Assembly: GCA_000934665.2 (NCBI GenBank)
Contig: KZ538480.1
Coordinates: 47,618 to 67,617 of the forward strand
Source of the DNA: Catajapyx aquilonaris
Taxonomy: Eukaryota
DNA length: 20,000 bases
Reading direction: 5' to 3'
Positions 11,059 through 19,904 of the stretch are shown here, one piece after another; position 1 is the stretch's first letter; every line of letters starts with the position of its first letter. The notes beneath the pieces are model-generated. The model ran no database searches and was not told the DNA's origin. It was given only the letters and a program-made list of their open reading frames with translations. The position numbers and the translations under genes are program-made.

Positions 11059-12130
11059 GTAACGATATACTTAATTATTTGAAACCCTCCCCTTGCCTGC
11101 TGTAATCCGTATCCAAACACCCAGTGTCGAACCTGGGGCTTTAATATTTAACACCTGTGGCCTAATTAAACCAAAGCAATATACTAAAACTTGGTTCATT
11201 AGCCGCGTAATTTCTGGAACCTTATCAGTGTACCTTCAGGGAACAAAAATGTGAAGGTAAAAAAAAAAAAAAATGGGGGGGGGGGGNAGCGAATTACCAT
11301 GATGCAATTAGGAGTAATGGGGATTCAACTCGACGATTCTCCTCGCGTTTATAGCATGTGAAACGAGAGGCTATAGTCTCCCCCTCCCATAGTCCTCGCT
11401 AGCAATTTAGAATGTTTTCATTCCAACGCTCCCTTGTTTAGCTCCCAGGAACAGGATGAGAGTTATTTGGAAAAAAAAAAATCAGGTGACAATCACTTGA
11501 CCAGGGGACCAATTTGGAAGATCGCGAACTTTTTTTGGGACGCAAAGGCCTTTGGTGCATGGTGGGCCCAATTATTTGCGAATGTTTGGACGCTTGGAAT
11601 CTGTATAGTTTCAGCAGGTTTTTTTTGTGATTTTTTTTTGGGCAATGGTGGTGTGGAGGGGTGGTGGCGAATTTCGTTGGCGATGCATAGTCGTTAGCAC
11701 ATTCCGGGCTGCAACCAAGTGTGGCCCCGATTGCGACCGTTTGATTAGCACAATGAGGACGTGTAATTGCCTGGGGAGGGTAGTTCTTCAGTTGGGGAAA
11801 GCTCATCGGTTTTTGCTAACAGAGAGAGAGAGAGAGGGGGGGGGGTGTTCGAATGGTGTGTTTGACAGCATGGTGTCGAGTCAAGGTCACACAATGGCAA
11901 AACTGTCCAATAACTCCTTTTCAATAAAGTTCAAATTAATTTATTTCATTCCTTTTTAAGTTTTTCTATTATTTAGATTTTTCATATTCCAATTTAAAAT
12001 ATTTAATAATTCGATTTGAATCAGTATTTAAAATAATTAAAGTATTTAACTTCATCTAAATTTTAAATTACAGTATTTTATTTTTATTGAAATATTCATT
12101 TTAATTTATTACAAATATTTTATTTACAGT

Positions 12131-12320
12131 ATTTTATTATGTCTAAATGATTTCATTTCAATTAAGTTATTTTATTATGTCTAAATGATTTCATTTCAAT
12201 TAAATTATTTTATTATGTCTAAATGATTTCATTTCGATTAAATTATTTTATGTGTAAATGATTTCATTTCAATTAAATTATTTTATTATGTCTAAATGAT
12301 TTCATTTCAATTAAATTATT
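12131..12320. repeat. 38-bp minisatellite, 5 copies
   Basis: GTCTAAATGATTTCATTTC (one copy GTGTAAATG) at 12141, 12179, 12217, 12252 and 12290. Confidence 0.95.
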
Positions 12321-13542
12321 CTATTTCATTTGAATATTAAAATAAGTATATTTGAACATTTAATGTTGCATTAATGTTAATATTTCTTGTGATTTTATTT
12401 AAATATTAACAATGAATTATTGATTAACAGAAAAATTAATTTATGAGTATTTAAATAAAATTAAAGGAATAATTGAATATTCATGTAATTTATATTAGAA
12501 TGGAGAATTTAATACGATTATATGGAATTAATACGTATTAAATACAGTATTAGCGTATAGGTTACTGTATTTAGAGTACTATACAGCTTATTCTATTAGT
12601 TATAAAATATTTGCTCTGATTAGCTAATTATGTGGCTAATTCAATTATTGTACTCTAACACAACGAATTTGTGCTCATTGTTTGAACTCTGTGGCTTGAA
12701 GGTATTTGCCCTCCAGCTGAGAATGGAGGTATATGCAACAATGTGTTCCAGCGTTATCGGATCAAAGTGAACATTGTTGACACAATGCCCTGCAGCAAGA
12801 GCTGTTAGATGTACATTAATTTCAGCTCATTTTCTATTTAAAAACTGTCATATTCGATATTCCACTTCGAGGGTTAATCTTGGACCTCCCCCAGCATTCA
12901 TTTCGCTTTGAGGCATAAAAAAAGGTACATACTCCGTGCACTGTATATTTCAATATCCATAACAGCCCCCACAAATTGTAATTTTTCAACCCCCCCCCCC
13001 CCNCCCCCCAAAAAAAAAAAAAAAAAATTTGCTCCATCATTGGAAACATCCCTCGTTATCAAACCAGCCACCGGCGCTGTAAAATTCTAATGCAGTATCG
13101 GATGTGGTCATTTGCATAATTTTTTCCCAGTTCATTTGCACTGCAACATCCAGCTCCACCTAATTTGCAGGCTACAATGAAGCGCACTTTAACGTTGTAT
13201 CATGCACAACTTGGTTCCTCACATACCGGGGGACACACACACACATACATGAAAAAATATGCGGAAGGGTACATTTAGTATAAACATGGTGTTCGGACAA
13301 CCGCGAGGACAATGACATAATATTGTCGTAACCCGACCATTTTGGGTCCAACTGCGGGAGAAATATTATTGCTATGGGAATTAGTCGGATCCCATCAGTG
13401 AGACGTTAGGAGATGGAAAGATAATAGTGCACAACGGACGTTTGTAATAACAAAGTTCAACAATTATTCACATGTGAACAATACGATTCAATTCTGAGTT
13501 TTCGTGTCTGTTACACGCTATCAAATTTGTATTTTTTAATGG

Positions 13543-13571
13543 CTGCTGCTACTACTACTGCTACTACTACG

Positions 13572-13628
<57 letters not shown>

Positions 13629-13790
13629 CATCATCATCATTACAATATTATTATAGTTGTTGTTATTGTTGCAATAATATTGTTGTTGTTGCAATATTGT
13701 TGTTGTTGTTATTGCAACATTATTGTCGTTGTTGTTATTGTTGCAATAATATTGTTGTTGTTATTGCAATATTGTTGTTGTTGTTGGTAC
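13543..13790. repeat. compound (TAC)n/(CAT)n/(TGT)n microsatellite with a ~60-bp duplication
   Basis: Pure TAC run ~13573-13628, short CAT run, then TGT-rich sequence with GTTGTTGTTATTGTTGCAATAATATTGTTGTTG duplicated. Confidence 0.92.
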
Positions 13791-14036
13791 AGCAGCAGTA
13801 GTCATCACCCACTCGTCATATGACCTGCATTCATTAATGATTATTATAATATATTTAAATGTTTATAAACATATTAGAATAATTTTCATTATTTATTTGT
13901 TAAAAATTGTGAAATTATTAGTCATACAGGTAACTCATTTATTATTACATTTATTTTGTGATATTATATGTATTTAACTATTTAAATAATTGTTTAGATA
14001 AGCATTATTTAATTGATTATTTAATTTGCCATCTAA

Positions 14037-14116
<80 letters not shown>

Positions 14117-14215
14117 GGCCCAGCGGTTCTGTGGTAGTAGTTGTGATCAAAATCAATGGCAACTGAGTTGTGGTATGACTAGCCCGCAGGTATTCCATAA
14201 TTATCAGGTGCGTCA
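14037..14215 (-). mobile_element. short 5'-truncated non-LTR retroposon insertion with (AAT)n tail
   Basis: ~100-bp unique body followed on the minus strand by ~80 bp of (AAT)n; flanked by exact 10-bp direct repeat TGCCATCTAA at 14027-14036 and 14216-14225. Confidence 0.6.
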
Positions 14216-14930
14216 TGCCATCTAATGCGTGGATTGCCCAACAAGTAATTGTTACATATGTTACTAAATACAGTTCGGGAATCGATGTCCGTCGGATGAT
14301 GATGCATCGGCACGTTTCATGCCCTGTTGAAGTGGCACTTTGGTACCGATGGCCACTCAACAATGGCGCCTCCTTTTTCCGTTTCTCCTTACGCTTTATT
14401 TGAGAAAGCTTTTCCTAAAACTCTTCAAAGTTTGTACAGGCCCGCGCACTGTGCACACACTACTAGTGAAATAACCCCTGGGCGGGACATGTCGAAAGGC
14501 AGAGTGTGTAGTACCAGAGCAACCATTTTCAGAAAATGCTGGTCGAGCCCTCGGGGCCACGTTGCTTGTACTACAGAAAAGTACTGGCTTTTATTAGCCT
14601 ACATTTTGACATGAACATGCATCAAGTTTGATATAGAAATGGGTCAACAGGGAGGAATAATACTGTATAAAAATATATTTCATGCTCGTGTATTTCAACA
14701 ACATATCTAGAGGGGATTTTATATTTTGAAAAGAGGATGAGGCTTATGCCACACTGCTTCTGACATGTCAATATTGTCTCTCTTCCATTACATATACGGT
14801 AATCCAGCTTTACTATAAAAATAGAAAGTGTAATAGACTGACTTAAAATTTCATAGATTAATTACATAGGAGTGAATTAAATTACAGAAGTAAATACAAA
14901 CATTAATGTAATACACCGATAAATTAAATA

Positions 14931-15131
14931 CAGGGTGACTCTAAAGGCAGTTGTCGATTGCCTGTTGTGCCAACTCCAAGTTCCACCGTTGGCACTTGGA
15001 GTTGGCACAACTGGCAATCGACAACTCAACTACTCAAACTTTACTGACTGTCAACAATTTTCTAGTTGGCACAACTGGAAACCAACAGTGCAATCCATTT
15101 ACCTGTGTATCCTGACTTGAGAGTGACCCTG
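14931..15131. mobile_element. Tc1/mariner-type MITE
   Basis: TA on both sides (14929-14930, 15132-15133); TIRs CAGGGTGACTCTAAAGGCAG / CAGGGTCACTCTCAAGTCAG (17/20 identical); internal ~32-bp-arm hairpin at 14950-15025; no transposase. Confidence 0.85.
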
Positions 15132-15687
15132 TACGTTCATTGAATAAACACAAATAAATTAAATACATTCATTGATAAGTAGACATAAAATGGAATAAAT
15201 GAAATAGAGAAAATGCAATAGAGAAAATAGAAGAAATGTATACCCAAATATACAGTATAGGCCTATTTACAGTACCAGTACATCGATAAAGTAAAATGCA
15301 TAATACTGTACAATCGTACGTATATATAAATAAAATATACAAATGAATGAAAAGATAGTCTACACAAATTTAATTAATAAATACATGAATAAGCATATAA
15401 TGAATGAACGAATGAATGAATGAATGATAAATAAACCTGACACAGTGTCTAGTAAATTTTGAACTAAATGACGATTTTTTTTGACCAAAAGGTTCTCTCG
15501 AAACATGTCTTGCACCTTGCAAGACTCTTCCTCCTGTTGGGAGGAATCTTCTCGATGGTTTGAGTCTGGTGGCGAAGATTACACGGGAGCTTTGTTTTCA
15601 ATGGAGAGGAGGAGGGGAGGCCAGACTCACATTCCCCACGTCGTAAACTCCCAGATAGTTGATGAGCTTGGAGCCTTTACAGCCATA

Positions 15688-15860
15688 CCCGCCCCCTCTC
15701 TTCCAGCACCCGAAAGAAAAGTCACCCTTGCGAATTGGTTAGGCGGTCTAATGGACTACTTGGACCATCCAATGGGCCTAGAAGAGAAGAGGAGGGTCGT
15801 GGTGGGGAAGAGAGAAGAACTATATAAATACGACGCGGAGAAGGGATCAATCTCATCACG
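15688..15860 (+). promoter_or_regulatory. candidate RNA Pol II core promoter (GC box, two CCAAT boxes, TATA, Inr-like)
   Basis: CCCGCCCC 15688, ATTGG 15734, CCAAT 15769, TATATAAA 15821-15828, TCA at 15847-15849 (A is 28 nt from the TATA start); spacing is canonical. Confidence 0.45.
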
Positions 15861-16091
15861 CTCATCATAAATCTTGGGGGAGTGCTGGAGTCTTATCGAG
15901 GACGGTCCAGAATGGGAGAATTTTGCGCCTCTACATTTTTACAAGGGTTATGACACGTATTTCCTGGACTCTTTAAAAGGATCGTCTTACTCTGATAATA
16001 TCAATACTATACTGCGCCCTATTTACATGCCATCACCGGTATGTAATCTGGCATAACCATCAGAAAGTATGCTTCAAGAATTATATTTTTA

Positions 16092-16191
16092 ATGATATTA
16101 TCGATAATGATATATGTTGATGATATTATCGATAAGGATATATTTTGATGATATTATCGATAAGGATATATTTTGATGATATTATCGATAA
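16092..16191. repeat. 28-bp minisatellite containing TATCGATA (DRE palindrome)
   Basis: TATCGATA at 16099, 16127, 16155 and 16183 (period 28). Confidence 0.93.
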
Positions 16192-16476
16192 GCTAACAAT
16201 TAAATATTTAGACGATATTATCGAGAATTAGATATTCGAGTTTTTGTATCGATAACTGCGTATAAATATTATATTTCACTTCCGTCAATATATAAAATGT
16301 TCAGATATATTTAACCATATTATAGATAATAATTATATATTTTGATGCATGAGTAAATAAATATTTTGACTATATTATCGATAATTATATATTTTAATGA
16401 CATTTTATCGATATATACTTGTTTTTACAATATATTGCATCAATATTTTTTATTTCACTGGAGTATTCGTGATATA

Positions 16477-16614
16477 CGGGTTCAAATACTTTTGGCCACT
16501 TTATCCTGATCTTGAAGCAACCCTTCGCACAGACCCCACGTTAACGAGGTGTGTGTGTGTTGAGGGTTGCTTCAAGACCAGAATAAAGTGGGCAAAAGTA
16601 TTATTTTGAACCCG
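16477..16614. mobile_element. ~140-bp fold-back (palindromic) MITE-like element
   Basis: CGGGTTCAAA-TACTTTTGGCCACTTTATCCTGATCTTGAAGCAACCCT is mirrored by AGGGTTGCTTCAAGACCAGAATAAAGTGGGCAAAAGTATTATTTTGAACCCG; centre CGTTAACG at 16539-16546; TSD not clean. Confidence 0.75.
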
Positions 16615-17527
16615 ATAGTACATGTTCAAAATAATATTATCATGCGTTAATTCCATTTTCATCAATACAATAAAATATCAGTATCTCTTTTAAAAAATCT
16701 TGTAACCTAACATCCGAACGCGATTGATCGATCTTCACCTCCCTGTTCTGCGATTGGCCATCCTTGCGCATGCGTACCTCCGATCCTCCTCCAACCCCAT
16801 CTATCCACTGGCCTGAGAACCATCTAGTGCGAGGCCATGCATATGTGATTTCTCTGTCGGCAGCACGACATACCGCACCCTTAGAGGGTTGCATCCTGGA
16901 GGCCAGAAATATCCTTCTTGACTCTTCCTAGGGCGAGTATCATAGGGTTTTGCTTTATAGAGGGCGGTAGAGTAGGGAATCTCTCTTCTTCTCCCCCCTT
17001 GGTCGTCGCAGTGCGGTCCCAAATTGTTCCTTGAGGCCCAGAGATAAAGGAGATGCAACCACACCTCAATATGCAGTTTAGACGGAGCCGAATCACGCTT
17101 TATGTCTGGCTTTGCCACCACGCGAGTTAGTGCGTCCCACGTCTCACCAGCCCGGAAGAGCTAGGAAGAAATGGGAACTACTTGACTGCAGACACCTTTT
17201 GTCAAAAACACACCCCGCCACCCTCACCACAGATTCCTCCACCACCCACCAGGAGGAAGGAAGGCACTTTGGGTCTCATCCCAGGCCTGGATGTGTCGCG
17301 GCTTGCATTTACACGCCCAAAATTGAATTGAACGGCTCAGGGCGTATATGCAACATGACATACTTTTGTGATGCACAGTTTGTATATTTTTCATATTTTT
17401 GTGCACTTTTATTTTTTGCATTTATTTTTGCTCTTATATTTAATTTCAGAAAAATAAATACACAATACAGTAATAAATGCAAAAATAAAATAAAATAAAT
17501 ATACAAGCAGCGGCTTGAATGTCTATG

Positions 17528-17915
17528 TAGGGCTGTGCGATATTTCGATACATCGACTGTCGATACGATATTTTCCTAATATCGAAGTTCCGATATCCGA
17601 CGCTTGCCATGTTCGATGTATCGAATATTGCGATTTTTCGATGTCGGCTCGATGTCGGTTTTCGATATTTTTCGATGTCGGTTCGATGTCGATTTTCGAT
17701 ATTTTTTGATGTCGGTTCGATGTCGATTTTCGATATTTTTCGATGTCGGTCTGATGTCGATTTTTGATATTTTTTGATGTCGGTTCGATGTTGATTTTTG
17801 ATATTTTTCGATGTCGGTTCGATGTCGGTTTTTCGATATTCGATATATCGACTTCGATTCGATATTTTTTAAGTATCGAAAGTCGATATGTAATTTCGGA
17901 TATCGCACAGCCCTA
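17528..17915. mobile_element. non-autonomous hAT element (MITE)
   Basis: Perfect 16-bp TIR TAGGGCTGTGCGATAT/ATATCGCACAGCCCTA; exact 8-bp TSD TGTCTATG (17520-17527, 17916-17923); TCGAT-rich subterminal repeats and ~6 internal ~34-bp tandem units. Confidence 0.95.
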
Positions 17916-17972
17916 TGTCTATGAAATAAAAGTGTACAAAAATAGGAAAAATATACAAATTTTTATATTATA

Positions 17973-18205
17973 TTTTTATTACATTTAAATTTATTTATTT
18001 CATATGAATATTACATTTTTATTACATTTAAATTTATTTGTTTCATATTAATATTACATTTTTATTACATTTAAATTTATTTGTTTCATATTAATATTAC
18101 ATTTTTATTACATTTAAATTTATTTGTTTCATATTAATATTACATTTTTATTACATTGCATTCATTTCATATTAATATTATATTTTTATTACATTGCATT
18201 CATTT
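17973..18205. repeat. 43-bp minisatellite, ~5 copies
   Basis: TACATTTTTATTACATT recurs at 18012, 18055, 18098 and 18141. Confidence 0.94.
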
Positions 18206-19085
18206 CATTTGGATAATTTAGCAAAAAAATTGGCGTATGCAACATCCGACATGTTGCATTTACATTTGCATATTCGGGTGAGAAACTTGGCACCTTCCCC
18301 GCCATATTTGGGCCAAACTGGACCCGACCAATGATCCACATGATCTGCAGAGAAGCATTATGTGCAGCAGGCGGCTAAACGTCACTGCCCATCAAAACTG
18401 ACCACCACCACCCCCACCCCTTATACCCCGGTGGGTCTAATTAGCAGCCCCAACGAGCCTCCCNCCCCCCCCCTCCCACTACGTTATCCTCCCCGTTTCA
18501 GCCTCCCACCTCAAAATGGCCAAGTTTTTGCCAAGTTTGAGTAATTTCCTACACCCTCCTCCCTCTACACCCCAGCAAGCATCGACTATGAATGTGATTA
18601 ATGCGCACCACTTCTGAAGCCTTATTCTCATTAAGCCGGGCACAAACGCGGTATAACTTGCGCTTTCTTCTGGTTGGTCGGAGTGAGGGAGGAGGGGGGA
18701 AGGGGGAGGGAAGGAAATAACAACCAGGGTAACAACCCCGGGGCAAGTGTTCTTCCGACATGGTGTATAGTATGTTTAGATTCATGTTTAGAACTCGTCG
18801 CTAGGCAATGTTTGGGTTTGTTCAGAATACTGAACTCTATATACACCAGGGAGTTTCAACTGTAATTAGGCCTACTGGAAAAAACAACAGGAATCTCGTA
18901 AATTAATTAGCACCAGTAAGAATGGAGCGCGCGCTGAACTTGCTTGATTACACTGTAACACATCCGCAATTATTCATTTCCGCGAATTTTTCAAACAAAG
19001 TTTGCAATAAATTCCCAAAATGGAAAAAAAACCCAAGGACGTAACAGCTTCATTCAAAATGTTATTAATTTAACAACTATAATAT

Positions 19086-19374
19086 TTTTTTTTGTATTTA
19101 ATTTACCCCGTGATAGGGCCGGAGCCCTTTTAGGGGGGGAAGGAGAAGTTCCCAAGGGAGGGTGCTGTAATTTTTAGTCATTTCTGACTTTCTGAAATAC
19201 ACCAGACCTTTTCTCCTGGCCCTGGGCAGAGTAGGGAGTGCGCAATTCTGCCCCGGCATGTCGGATGAAAATCGGAAAAATACCCGGCCAAGCAGAGGTG
19301 ACGGGGACGGGATTTGAACCCCGGCCTCCCGCTTGGCTGGCCAGTGGCGTAACCACCAGACCACCATGCTTCCC
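19086..19374 (-). mobile_element. tRNA-derived SINE with A-tail
   Basis: Minus strand: A box TGGTCTGGTGG, B box GGTTCAAATCC, oligo-A tail; 15-bp TSD TAACAA(C/T)TATAATAT at 19071-19085 and 19375-19389. Confidence 0.92.
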
Positions 19375-19494
19375 TAACAATTATAATATATATTAGTTAT
19401 ATTATGGTAAGCTACACTGTTGTTGTAAGTCACCTTGCGGTTATAATAGTTATATTATCAATATAACCACGATAGGACTATTATAACAACAATG

Positions 19495-19526
19495 GTACTC
19501 GCTTCGGCGGTACATATACTAAAATT
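19495..19526 (+). pseudogene. U6: U6 snRNA 5' fragment (tailless retropseudogene)
   Basis: GTACTCGCTTCGGCGGTACATATACTAAAATT matches U6 nt 1-32 (human GTGCTCGCTTCGGCAGCACATATACTAAAATT) and stops before GGAACGATACAGAGA; direct repeat TTATAACAACAAT at 19481-19493 and 19525-19537. Confidence 0.92.
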
Positions 19527-19556
19527 ATAACAACAATATAACTATTACAACATAAT

Positions 19557-19717
19557 TATTGTAAAAATGTAACTGTTATGTAGCGATTATAATGCATAAC
19601 TAGTACACCGATTGCGGGAAAATATAACTAAATATTGTAACATATTGTAAAAGTGTAATTGTTACATAGATATTATGATGCATAACTAATACACCGATTT
19701 CAGGATAATATTACTAT
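19557..19717. repeat. old diverged 86-bp tandem duplication
   Basis: TATTGTAAAA at 19557/19643 and ACACCGATT at 19605/19691, with ATGCATAACTA shared in register. Confidence 0.8.
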
Positions 19718-19904
19718 TATAACCAATATATGACTATTATGATGACATTTAAAACCATATAATATTATAACTCAACTAAATATGTTAAATATATCATTGT
19801 AACTACTAAACAGGGTATTATATTAATATATTTAATATAATAGGCTGTTTATACTTCGAAATTGGTTTGATTTGTTGTTTTGCTGGTTTTAGTTATATTA
19901 TCGA

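Noticed and set aside
12685..12810. EGF-like-looking peptide CPPAENGGICNN
   Set aside because: Cys spacing is wrong for EGF, the frame is bounded by stops and there is no suitable acceptor.
15874..15925. GECWSLIEDGP resembles the UCHL5-type N-terminus GEWCLIESDP
   Set aside because: The conserved ESDP/ESNP motif is absent and downstream residues do not match.
17576..17908. 110-aa repetitive basic ORF
   Set aside because: Lies wholly within the hAT MITE internal tandem repeats; not a transposase.
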